Shown: one piece after another, positions 1 to 8,693 of the stretch
Layout: the number at the start of each line of letters is the position of its first letter
How positions within the stretch are numbered: the first letter of the stretch is position 1
Assembly: GCA_937900075.1 (NCBI GenBank)
Contig: CALCCZ010000079.1
Span: 1-61,230, forward strand
DNA length: 61,230 nucleotides
Origin: an uncultured Lentisphaeria bacterium
GTDB taxonomy: Bacteria; Verrucomicrobiota; Lentisphaeria; Victivallales; UBA1829
Reading direction: 5' to 3'
Made by a program: the position numbers and the translations under genes
Notes under the pieces: model-generated
Seen by the model: only the letters and a program-made list of their open reading frames with translations
Databases searched by the model: none
Told to the model about the DNA's origin: nothing

Positions 1-109
1 TTTCACCCCGCTGCGGAGATCGATAAGGAGTCCAAGACAATTCATCACGCAGTGGGTAACGAATTTGAGAAAACAGTCTCTGCAAGCGGAAATAATAAAG
101 GCAAAAAAA

Positions 110-201
<92 letters not shown>

Positions 202-448
202 GCATTAATATGCTTAATGTATATCCAACCTTAACAAAATGCAAGTCAAAATCATTTTTTTTGTCAATATTTTTTCACAGACATGCAATCTGTGAGTGAA
301 TAGGGGTCAGGAGATAAGGGTCAGGGATGCGTTATGTGACATTCCGTAACGTATTGTGATTGCCCGGGGCGGGATGGAGGATTGTCCTCATGCGAACGTT
401 ATGCAAGGAGAAGCGCTTTGTCAGGGGACAATTTTCCACAGGCTTCAT

Positions 449-985
449 TCAGATACTTGCCCCTAACTTTTCGGCAGCCAGGAGTTCAGGGCGGCCTTCG
501 ATGTCACCGGGGTCTTTTACTCCCCGGACAAGGACAGAACCTGAATCTTCCAGATGGAAGAATTTGAGGAGCAGATGATACTGAGCCAGAATGGGATCAA
601 ACAGCTCCGGCAAAGAGGCTGCTCCCACAAGCAGGAGTGCAGTCTTCTTAGTTTTGAACGAATTGCGCAATGGCAGATGGAGTCGGTCCAATAAGGTTTT
701 CATCTGAGCGCTGATTCCGTAAAAATAAACCGGGGATGCAAAGACCAGCACCTCCGCTTCAGCAAGACAGGGTAAGATTTTCTCCATATCATCCTGCTGG
801 AAACAGCGATTTCCTTCCCGGGCGTAACAACTGTTGCATCCGGTACAATAGTGAATATGAAAGTCTGCCGCATTGATTATTGTTACCTTGTGAGAGGAGG
901 ACAAACCTTTAGTAAAAGCCTGTACGAGGCGAGCGGTATTGCCCTTTTTCCGCGGGCTTCCCTGAATGATAACGACATTGCTCAT
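449..985 (-). CDS. Iron-sulfur flavoprotein (Isf-like; flavodoxin / NADPH-dependent FMN reductase fold)
   Basis: N-terminal flavodoxin-like motif VVIIQGSPRKKGNT. A compact cysteine cluster YCTGCNSCYAREGNRC (C-x2-C-x2-C-x6-C) matches the Isf family. The likely start is MSNVV. Confidence 0.6.
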   Translation of the reverse strand: MSNVVIIQGSPRKKGNTARLVQAFTKGLSSSHKVTIINAADFHIHYCTGCNSCYAREGNRCFQQDDMEKILPCLAEAEVLVFASPVYFYGISAQMKTLLDRLHLPLRNSFKTKKTALLLVGAASLPELFDPILAQYHLLLKFFHLEDSGSVLVRGVKDPGDIEGRPELLAAEKLGASI

Positions 986-1014
986 AAACGTTAGTTCTCC
1001 TGAATTGAAAATTC

Positions 1015-2088
1015 TCAAACCGTAGCGAATGAATAAGTAGATTCCGTGGTTACTTTTTTATTGCGTATGACCTGGCGGAGTACCTGTTCGCATTTTCCGC
1101 AATGAGTGCAATTTGCGGCACACTTTTGAGCGATTCCGCTTTCGAACCAATCTTCGGGGAATGCGGAATTTTCAAATTCACAGAATTCATTATGATAACC
1201 GATATAATCGAAAACGCTGCCTTCGTAATGACCTTCGGCATAAGCCCGGATTATCGGCTCATAGTCCATGATGTCTCTGGTCGCCAGTTTCAGGACATCG
1301 AGATAGGGTTCATAATGCCAGACATCTTCGGGCCGAATCCAGCTCATCCGTAAAAAATCCACAAGGTTTTCGCGTGATTGGAAATGCCGATCACACAACC
1401 GGAGGGGAAAATGCATTTGAAATGTCATCGAATGATAGTTGGTATTTTCATGGCAAATAAAATTATTGTGCCATGTTCTGACCGGGCAATTAATGAGACA
1501 ACCGCTGTTCAGGAGCATGCAAAGTTTCTTTTTACGGCTATGGCAGGAATCGGAGAAGAGCTGAACGGTTTGCAAATCGCGCTGGATATCCTGGCAGATG
1601 TAAAAAGAATCAAACAAATCGGAAACGAACTCCATTGCCAGGGTTGAGTTCAGCTGCATATTGACGCTGGCACGGACATCGATATCCGGATGTTGCATTT
1701 TCAGGACTTTGGCGATAAAGGGGGAAGCTGTAGTGACAATTTCAGGATACAGTCCGTTATCGGAAAGAGTATCTATGGTTTGAGTGACTGTGCTGCGCAA
1801 AGACTCGCTGAAGGCATCATTGCCATAACAATTGGCATTGAGCAGAAGATTGAGTTCTATTCCCTGCGTTCTGCACCAGCGCAGAATGGTCAGCAGATCA
1901 TTTTTCAATTTCTCGCGGACAACCGGGGAGTCAGTACGGATCTGCGCACGCCCGTTTGCGACTCCCGGCCACGCAAAATACACTTCGCGGATGACGCGGG
2001 AGTACGGCTTCAGGACATCAATAAACCGGATACCGTGCTGCAAATCGTATCCGACTGATAATTTTCTATAGGGGACCAAATCAGCCAT
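1015..2088 (-). CDS. Possible U32-family-like protein with additional C-terminal Cys cluster (likely Fe-S protein); low-confidence assignment
   Basis: Internal KLCMLLNSGCLIN resembles the U32 signature (compare E. coli RlhA ALCMAYSGRCLLS). It has a TIM-barrel-like N-terminal half and a C-terminal CAANCTHCGKC (CX3CX2CX2C). The assignment is from motif memory only. Confidence 0.4.
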   Translation of the reverse strand: MADLVPYRKLSVGYDLQHGIRFIDVLKPYSRVIREVYFAWPGVANGRAQIRTDSPVVREKLKNDLLTILRWCRTQGIELNLLLNANCYGNDAFSESLRSTVTQTIDTLSDNGLYPEIVTTASPFIAKVLKMQHPDIDVRASVNMQLNSTLAMEFVSDLFDSFYICQDIQRDLQTVQLFSDSCHSRKKKLCMLLNSGCLINCPVRTWHNNFICHENTNYHSMTFQMHFPLRLCDRHFQSRENLVDFLRMSWIRPEDVWHYEPYLDVLKLATRDIMDYEPIIRAYAEGHYEGSVFDYIGYHNEFCEFENSAFPEDWFESGIAQKCAANCTHCGKCEQVLRQVIRNKKVTTESTYSFATV

Positions 2089-2115
2089 AATCGGGGAGCC
2101 GGTAAAATATTATAA

Positions 2116-3717
2116 TCAGTTTGCGGAAGGTGTTTCGTTTTTACCCTCATTGACTTTTCCGAGATAGGCGGGCAAATCAATTCCAGCCATTCCCGCCAAA
2201 TCATGAATAGGGGGCAAACTCTGCATCATTCCGGACAAAAAATTGGCGGTTGAAGTTTTTCCGTTGGGATTGTTCTGACCATCCCAAACAGTAACTTTAT
2301 CAATTTTGATATTTTTGATTGCTTCCGTCTGCATTCTGACGATTTCTTCCAGTTTTTCGATGAGGAGCATTTTCGTGGCGGCATCGGCATCCTGACCGCA
2401 GGCTGTGATAATCTCGCGGAAACCTTCGCCTTTGGCCTTCAATACTTCAAAATTACCTTTTGCCTCGGCTTCCAGTCTCTGGAAGATAGCAGACGCTTCA
2501 CCGCGTGCTTCGGCGATTTTCTTTTCCGCTTCGGCATCCGCCGCTATCACAATCTGTTCTTTATCTATTTTTGCTTTAACAATGGTATCCGCTCTCAGGC
2601 GTTCTTCTTCCATCAAAGCACGAATTTTCTGTGCTTCCTGTTCTGCCTGATAAGCTGCCTGACGGACCTTTACTTCCGCGATTTTCTTGGCGGCTTCTGC
2701 GGCGCGGAAAGCATCCGCTTCTTTTTCGGCACGAACGGCATTGGACTGTGCGATAGCGATTTTGGAAAGGTTTTCGCCTTCGATGGCTCCGGCTTCCGCT
2801 TCTTTTACGGAAATACGGCGTTTCTTGTCCGCCTCGGCTTCCCCGATTTGTGCCTGGGCATCGGCATTGATGACGGCGATACGGCGCTGTTTGTCCGCTT
2901 CCGCTTCACCGGATTGTGCCTGGGCATCGGCGTTGATGACGGCGATACGGCGCTGTTTATCCGCTTCCGCTTCTCCGGATTGTGCCTGAGCATCGGCATT
3001 GGCGACGGCGATACGCTGTTCTTTTCTCGCCTCGGCTTCACCGATATAGCCTTTTCTCTCTTCTTCGGCAACTTCTTTACGGGCACGGTTGATTGCTTCC
3101 GCGGCAGCGCGTTTACCGATAGCGTCAATATAACCGCTTTCATCGGTAATATCCGTGATATTCACGTTCAGCAGCTGGAGTCCGATTTTATTCAGTTCTT
3201 CCGCAACATTCGATTCGATTTTACTCAAAAATGTTTCACGGTCACTGTTGATCTGTTCGATTGTCATGGACGCAATCACCAGACGCAGCTGACCGAGAAT
3301 AATATCCCGCGACAATTCGGAAATCTGTTCCTGGCGAAGTCCAAGCAGACGATTCGCGGCATTTCCCATCAATTCTTCATCCGTGGAAATACCGACAGTG
3401 AAAACGGAAGGCACGTTGATACGGATGTTCTGCAGACACAGGGCATTGGTAAGATTCACATCCAACTGCATCGGACGCAGAGAAAGAAAACCGTAATCCT
3501 GAAAAACCGGAAAGATAAAAGCGGCACCGCCGTGAATACAGTGAGCAGCACGGTTTCCGCCGGTTTTTCCGAAAATCACCATAATGGCATCCGACGGGCA
3601 TTTTTTGTAACGCGACGCGAAGCCGATGAAAAGTGCGACTAAAAGAATCACGAACAGAATGCCGAGCAGACTGAACTCACCTGCTCCGGCAGCAGCAATG
3701 AAAGAAAATGTTGTCAT
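2116..3717 (-). CDS. Flotillin (SPFH/band-7 family, FloT/YqiK-like) with internal EA-rich 22-aa tandem repeats
   Basis: N-terminal TM helix then SPFH domain (PVFQDYGFLSLRPMQLDVNL...). Long Glu/Ala/Lys-rich coiled-coil with RRIAVINADAQAQSGEAEADKQ repeated. AGGAGA RBS 8 nt upstream of the ATG. Confidence 0.85.
   Translation of the reverse strand: MTTFSFIAAAGAGEFSLLGILFVILLVALFIGFASRYKKCPSDAIMVIFGKTGGNRAAHCIHGGAAFIFPVFQDYGFLSLRPMQLDVNLTNALCLQNIRINVPSVFTVGISTDEELMGNAANRLLGLRQEQISELSRDIILGQLRLVIASMTIEQINSDRETFLSKIESNVAEELNKIGLQLLNVNITDITDESGYIDAIGKRAAAEAINRARKEVAEEERKGYIGEAEARKEQRIAVANADAQAQSGEAEADKQRRIAVINADAQAQSGEAEADKQRRIAVINADAQAQIGEAEADKKRRISVKEAEAGAIEGENLSKIAIAQSNAVRAEKEADAFRAAEAAKKIAEVKVRQAAYQAEQEAQKIRALMEEERLRADTIVKAKIDKEQIVIAADAEAEKKIAEARGEASAIFQRLEAEAKGNFEVLKAKGEGFREIITACGQDADAATKMLLIEKLEEIVRMQTEAIKNIKIDKVTVWDGQNNPNGKTSTANFLSGMMQSLPPIHDLAGMAGIDLPAYLGKVNEGKNETPSAN
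2845..3042. repeat. Three tandem 66-bp in-frame repeats inside the flotillin gene, with degenerate copies flanking
   Basis: Units at 2845-2910, 2911-2976 and 2977-3042 are near-identical (GGATTGTGCCTGGGCATCGGCGTTGATGACGGCGATACGGCGCTGTTT...). Each encodes the 22-aa repeat RRIAVINADAQAQSGEAEADKQ. Confidence 0.85.
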
Positions 3718-3760
3718 GTTTTATTTCTCCTGTATATGGTAAGTTTATTTTCAGAATAAT

Positions 3761-4363
3761 TCAGTCGATATGATTCGTTTTTTTGACAAGAAAACTGCCT
3801 CCGGAATATCCGAGAATTTCAACATTTTCACCACGCTGGATTTCCTCATCCGCAATCGCCGCCACTTCCCGTGTCTCATCCCCGGCACTGATTGTCACTT
3901 TCCCGCCGGGTTTCCGATTGGCGGGGATTTTCAGATAAACGCGTCCATTTTTGCCAATCAGATTACGATTCGTTTTGGTTCCGTTCTGCTGCAGTTTCAA
4001 CAAAAGCGCCAAGAGTGCGGTAGCCGCAATCATAGCGACCAAACCGCAGGAAAAAGCGATAAGGAAACCGGAAAATGCATTATTTGGGGCAAAAATCACA
4101 CCACCCCAGCCGAACATCATGAGAAAAGCCATGATACTCCGCAGAGAAAACATTTTGATCAGGAAGAAACCAATATCCGGATGTCCCAGTTCAATGTCAC
4201 CACCGCCTGCGGGCTCGTCCGGGGTTTCGTCACTGCCGAATCCTATGAGTGAGAAAAGAAGCGACACAAGGAAGAAGCCGGTTCCCGCCACCGCGAAAAA
4301 CCAGTAAAGTTTCCGTCCGCCGTCCTCAAAGACAAAATCCCGCACCCAATCAATCAACCACAT
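3761..4363 (-). CDS. NfeD-like membrane protein (flotillin partner, YqiJ/YuaF family)
   Basis: Several N-terminal TM helices plus a C-terminal beta-rich OB-like domain (KVTISAGDETREVAAIADEEIQRGENVEILGYSGGSFLVKK). It lies immediately upstream of flotillin on the same strand, the conserved nfeD-flotillin arrangement. RBS AAAGGATGG. Confidence 0.7.
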   Translation of the reverse strand: MWLIDWVRDFVFEDGGRKLYWFFAVAGTGFFLVSLLFSLIGFGSDETPDEPAGGGDIELGHPDIGFFLIKMFSLRSIMAFLMMFGWGGVIFAPNNAFSGFLIAFSCGLVAMIAATALLALLLKLQQNGTKTNRNLIGKNGRVYLKIPANRKPGGKVTISAGDETREVAAIADEEIQRGENVEILGYSGGSFLVKKTNHID

Positions 4364-4700
4364 AATATCTTTGCCATCCTTTCTTGTGTTTTGTACATAT
4401 CTCCGTTACTTTTAACAATATACCATGTACAAAGAACAATGATAACACATTTTCCGTTCATTTCAAGTCATTCTCCGTCTAAAAACAAAAAAAAGGCACA
4501 AATATTCCGCATCTTTCTGAGAAAAAAGTGTTTTTGAGAAAACGGGACTTTTGCCTGATAAATTTATCCGGGGAAGATTGGAATCTTTCGACATTGGGGT
4601 GTATATTACCTGAATACCGATTCTCTCCCGCACGGGAATGTGTTTTTCGGGACGGGAAAATCGAAACGAAAAATTATACGATGAATGAGGAAAGAAAAAC

Positions 4701-5669
4701 ATGGAACATACAATTGATACCGTCCGTAAATTATATCCGGAACAGATTAATACCTATTGCAAGACATTGATAAAGGAACATCCGGAACTTTCCGGGATGT
4801 ATTGTGCCGATATCCGGGAACTGGAAAATCCCCGGGGATTAAAAGCGGACGGACTCGGAGAAATGCCACTTTCGCCTTTTCCGCATCTGATCCGGACCTA
4901 TAAGGACCGTGCCCTGCTGCTCACGACCGGGAATTGTTTTTCGCGGTGTCGTTTCTGTTTCCGGAAGCGCATCTGGAGTACGGATGGTGAAATCATGCAG
5001 GAACCGTCTGACGATGAACTGGATGCGATTACAGTATGGTTGAAAGGGCATCCGGAAATCACGGATATTCTGCTCAGTGGCGGAGATGTAATGACGCTTT
5101 CAGATGACCGGATCCTGAGTCTGATTCACAGACTGAAATCAACTGGGACCATTGAAACCTTCCGGATATGTTCCCGTGCACCCGCTGTGCAGCCGGACCG
5201 GATTACCGATAAAATAGCCGCCGAACTGGGGAATATTGAAGGGGTATGGTTTGTCTGTCATTTCAATCATCCGGCGGAACTGACGCCGGCAGCGGAAGAA
5301 GCATGCCGGAAACTGGTATCCCACGGGGTTCCGGTTCTGAATCAAACCGTTCTGCTTGCGGGAATCAATGATGATGCGGAAACGCTGACGAAACTTTTCA
5401 AGCATTTGGCGCGGATTCGTGTCAAACCGCATTATCTGTTTCACATTGACCCGGTGGAAGGGGTATCGCATTTTGCCACGGGCGTGCAAAAAGGACTTGA
5501 AATCATGAATACTTTCCGGGACACCTTATCCTCTATTGCCCGACCGGACTTTGCCATTGATCTGCCGAACGGCGGCGGAAAAGTTGTACTGACACCGGAC
5601 TGTTGTGCTCCGGACGGATCGTACTGGAGTGCAGTTCTGAAAAAATATCTGAAACACCCGCTGGCATAA
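4701..5669 (+). CDS. KamA-family radical SAM protein (L-lysine 2,3-aminomutase / EpmB-like)
   Basis: CFSRCRFCFRK (CX3CX2C radical SAM motif) in a KamA-type context (LLLTTGNC...LSGGD...). At 322 aa it is EpmB-sized. RBS GAGGAAAG. Confidence 0.7.
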   Translation: MEHTIDTVRKLYPEQINTYCKTLIKEHPELSGMYCADIRELENPRGLKADGLGEMPLSPFPHLIRTYKDRALLLTTGNCFSRCRFCFRKRIWSTDGEIMQEPSDDELDAITVWLKGHPEITDILLSGGDVMTLSDDRILSLIHRLKSTGTIETFRICSRAPAVQPDRITDKIAAELGNIEGVWFVCHFNHPAELTPAAEEACRKLVSHGVPVLNQTVLLAGINDDAETLTKLFKHLARIRVKPHYLFHIDPVEGVSHFATGVQKGLEIMNTFRDTLSSIARPDFAIDLPNGGGKVVLTPDCCAPDGSYWSAVLKKYLKHPLA

Positions 5670-5745
5670 AAGCGGTTTTTGTTACCCTTAACCAGGGGCT
5701 GCGCCATGGTGATTTTCCCATGACTTACCCCTGGCTGTTATCGGG

Positions 5746-5770
5746 CAGCCCCGTTGGGGCTGTTTTTGTT
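5746..5770 (+). terminator. Intrinsic terminator after the KamA-like gene
   Basis: CAGCCCC-GTT-GGGGCTG hairpin with a 7-bp GC-rich stem, followed by TTTTTGTT. Confidence 0.5.
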
Positions 5771-5802
5771 GGAACACCGATATCCGGTATGTTTGTTCAA
5801 AT

Positions 5803-7152
5803 TCAGTCTTTAACCGTAATCAGAACGATAGAATTTTTCTGAAGGACGAGATCAAATTTACCGTTTTCGCGGTTTTTCGGCCAAACGGGTTCAAACGCCA
5901 TATCCGGATCGGTCAGATTGCATTCGAAATCTGCGTTATCCAAACCGGTATCGATGGTCAGGGTTTTGGTTGTCACGTTATCATCCTCGGAATAATAGCA
6001 AAGGAAAATTGCTTTTTTTCCGTCTTTGCCTTTTGCCGCTACTGCATAAATCATCGGATCATCCGAATCGCATTTGACCTGATTTTTGAGTGCGGCAATC
6101 CGTGAGAAGCCGAGGAAAGTATAATATCCCTTCAAACGTTTCAGGGTAATTGTGCTGAAGAGACAGTTCATGGTACAGCTGACCCGGGCATCGTAATACA
6201 TCAGCATATCCAGAGGGGCATTCTGGCAGGCGCACATGCTGGCGGCAGTGAAAGCGGCACCTTTGATACCGATCATCTGTTCGATGGAATAGACCCATTC
6301 GGAGGACCAGCCGCGCACGTAGTTATACTCGTTCAGGATGCTTTCTGCATTTTTGAAACCGTTGTCGTCCAAAAGTTTACGGTATTTTACGCAATTTGCG
6401 GTAAGCTGAGCCGGTTCCACGGCATAGTTATGCCAGGAAAAGAAATCCAGGGGGACATTGTTTTTTGCCAGATATTCGAGGAAAAGGACAGCCCAATCAA
6501 AATGACCGGCGAGAGCGGGTCCGCCGAATTTCAAATTGGGGAAGCATTTTTTCAGATGGCAGGCGGTGATTTTGTAAAGTTCCATAAATTCCGCTGCGGT
6601 ACCGCCCCAGCAGCGTTTGTTCGGGCTGTCATCGGCATCCAGGTCCGGTTCGTTCCAGATTTCCCAGTAAACGATGTTCCAGTGGAATCCGTCTGCCCAG
6701 CCTTCATTATAATGCCGGACAACATGTTCACAGATGCGGGCAAATTTTTCGAAATCTTTTGGCGGGAGGGTATTGTATTTTTTGATCCAGTGTTCGATGG
6801 AGGCGCCGAGACGGTAAAAGACCTGTGTACCGGCTGCGATCATATTGCCGAGATACTGGTCTGTCAGCACGAAATCGTAAGAAGCGGGATCGTTTTCATC
6901 GGCATCGGGATTTCCGAAAATCTGATTGATATCGACCGTATGCGGGGCGCCGTAAGAATAACAAAGTCCGGCGTCATGAATACGTGCAAACGGGATGTTC
7001 AATGCCTTGAAATCATCGAAATTGCTTTTTGTCTGTGTTTTCATGGAGCGGACGGGGCCGTTGTTCACTGCGTTCATCGGTTTGATCTGACCGATAATTT
7101 CATTGAAATCGACCGTTACTTTTGCGAAATTGAAATCTTTTTCAACTGCCAT
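5803..7152 (-). CDS. Glycoside hydrolase, GH39-like (beta-xylosidase / iduronidase-type clan GH-A)
   Basis: WNEPD catalytic-acid motif (IWNEPDLDADD) and the overall (beta/alpha)8 GH-A pattern. The likely true start is the ATG (MAVEKDF) preceded by AAGGAGA; the track start is an upstream in-frame TTG (Leu) codon. Confidence 0.5.
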   Translation of the reverse strand: MAVEKDFNFAKVTVDFNEIIGQIKPMNAVNNGPVRSMKTQTKSNFDDFKALNIPFARIHDAGLCYSYGAPHTVDINQIFGNPDADENDPASYDFVLTDQYLGNMIAAGTQVFYRLGASIEHWIKKYNTLPPKDFEKFARICEHVVRHYNEGWADGFHWNIVYWEIWNEPDLDADDSPNKRCWGGTAAEFMELYKITACHLKKCFPNLKFGGPALAGHFDWAVLFLEYLAKNNVPLDFFSWHNYAVEPAQLTANCVKYRKLLDDNGFKNAESILNEYNYVRGWSSEWVYSIEQMIGIKGAAFTAASMCACQNAPLDMLMYYDARVSCTMNCLFSTITLKRLKGYYTFLGFSRIAALKNQVKCDSDDPMIYAVAAKGKDGKKAIFLCYYSEDDNVTTKTLTIDTGLDNADFECNLTDPDMAFEPVWPKNRENGKFDLVLQKNSIVLITVKD

Positions 7153-7504
7153 TTTCAAATCTCCTTGAGCCAACTGTTAAAAATTGGCTTTTGTTTATTT
7201 TTTTAGGATACGCCGAACCTGTTCGGGCGTTTTCCTGCGATTTTTCAAACAAAGTCCGGATGAAAGTTCACAATTTTCTGTGTTCCGCATTGGAAAATCT
7301 GTTTTCCGTATGCTACAGTATTCCATGCGGGTTCATTCATTGTTATCCTTCCGGTTTATTAGCCGTTAGAGATAATATGAATCGACTGTGTGTTTTTTCA
7401 AATTGAAAATCGAAAACTTATTGAAAAATACCGCAATATTTTCTTTCCCTGATTTTCTGTTCGCTTTCATTTTTCAAATCGTATAACCATAAAAGGACAT
7501 TTTT

Positions 7505-8638
7505 ATGAACCGGGTTTTGAATGGCATTGACCGGATTGATATCTGGAAAAAACTGTTGTCAGGCAAACGTGTGGGAGTAATGACACACGCGCCTGCCGTT
7601 GATTTGAATTATTCCCGTTCCGCCGATATTCTTTTCCAGCATGCGGATGTCAGGATGTTCTGGGGACCGGAGCATGGACTTGACGGAGTAGCGCAGGCGG
7701 GAGACGCCGTAGATACCGCAACGGACAGCCGTACCGGTCTTCCGGTATACAGTCTGTTCCGCAGCAGCGGGAAAACGTTTGCCGAAACCGTAGGCGGGGT
7801 GGATGTTGTTGTTTGTGATTTCTGTGACATCGGGAGCAGGTTTTATACCTACATATCTTCCATGAGTGACGCCATGATTGAATGCGCAAAGCAGCATGTC
7901 CCGTTTATCGTTCTCGACCGGCCGAATCCGATTGGCGGGATCCGTTGTGACGGCCCTTTGCTGAAAGAAGGTTTTTCCAGTTTTGTGGGCAGATTCCCGA
8001 TTCCCGTACGGCACGGCATGACGCTTGGAGAAGCGGCACGTTTCTTCAATGAACGTTTTGATATTCATTGTGAATTGACCGTAGTTCCAGTAAGCGGCTG
8101 GAAAAGGGGTATGGAATTTGAGGAACTGGGACGAACCTGGCTGAATCCTTCTCCGAATATGCCATCCGCGGACTGTGCCAGGATTTATACCGGAACCTGT
8201 TTGATTGAAGGAACCAATCTTTCAGAAGGACGCGGGACGACCCGACCGTATGAAATAATCGGGGCGCCGTTCCTGGATCCGTTCAAGCTCTCCAACGCCT
8301 TCAATGCTTTCCGGGTTCCGGGTGTCTGTACCTGTCCGATCCGTTTCCGTCCGACATTTAACAAATACAAGGACGAAGCCTGTGGCGGGGTTCAGTTTAT
8401 TCTGACGGACCGGAAGAATGCGGCATGTTTTGAAGCGGGTATCCGTTTTCTTGATATTCTGCGCAATGAATTCACCGGCTTTGAGTTCAGGGAAAACGGA
8501 GTGGTTTTTGATCAGCTCATAGGCAGTGATCTTTACCGGACCGGAAAAATAACAGCGGATGAACTTCTGGAACAAAGTCGTGAAGAATGTTTTGAATTTC
8601 AGAAAGGGATCCGTGAATTTCTTTTATATGCCGAATAA
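7505..8638 (+). CDS. namZ: DUF1343 family protein, exo-beta-N-acetylmuramidase NamZ-like
   Basis: Characteristic DUF1343 N-terminus (GVMTHAPAVD...FGPEHGLDGVAQAGD...VVVCDFCDIGSRFYTYI...LDRPNPIGG). Confidence 0.65.
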   Translation: MNRVLNGIDRIDIWKKLLSGKRVGVMTHAPAVDLNYSRSADILFQHADVRMFWGPEHGLDGVAQAGDAVDTATDSRTGLPVYSLFRSSGKTFAETVGGVDVVVCDFCDIGSRFYTYISSMSDAMIECAKQHVPFIVLDRPNPIGGIRCDGPLLKEGFSSFVGRFPIPVRHGMTLGEAARFFNERFDIHCELTVVPVSGWKRGMEFEELGRTWLNPSPNMPSADCARIYTGTCLIEGTNLSEGRGTTRPYEIIGAPFLDPFKLSNAFNAFRVPGVCTCPIRFRPTFNKYKDEACGGVQFILTDRKNAACFEAGIRFLDILRNEFTGFEFRENGVVFDQLIGSDLYRTGKITADELLEQSREECFEFQKGIREFLLYAE

Positions 8639-8693
8639 GAAACCGAAAGGAAAAATACTTTTTCCCTCAAAAGATACAGAAAAGGAAAAACAA

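Noticed and set aside
2848-3642. 264-aa plus-strand ORF with its own tandem repeats (GIGIDDGDTALFVRFRF...)
   Set aside because: It is antisense to the flotillin gene. Its repeats are just the reverse frame of the 66-bp flotillin repeats. It has no RBS, and the flotillin assignment on the other strand is unambiguous.
7559-8068. 169-aa minus-strand ORF inside namZ, and similar nested ORFs elsewhere (for example 8222-8575, 22203-22745, 57650-58753)
   Set aside because: They are fully embedded antisense to longer ORFs that have recognisable conserved domains. They have no independent signals.
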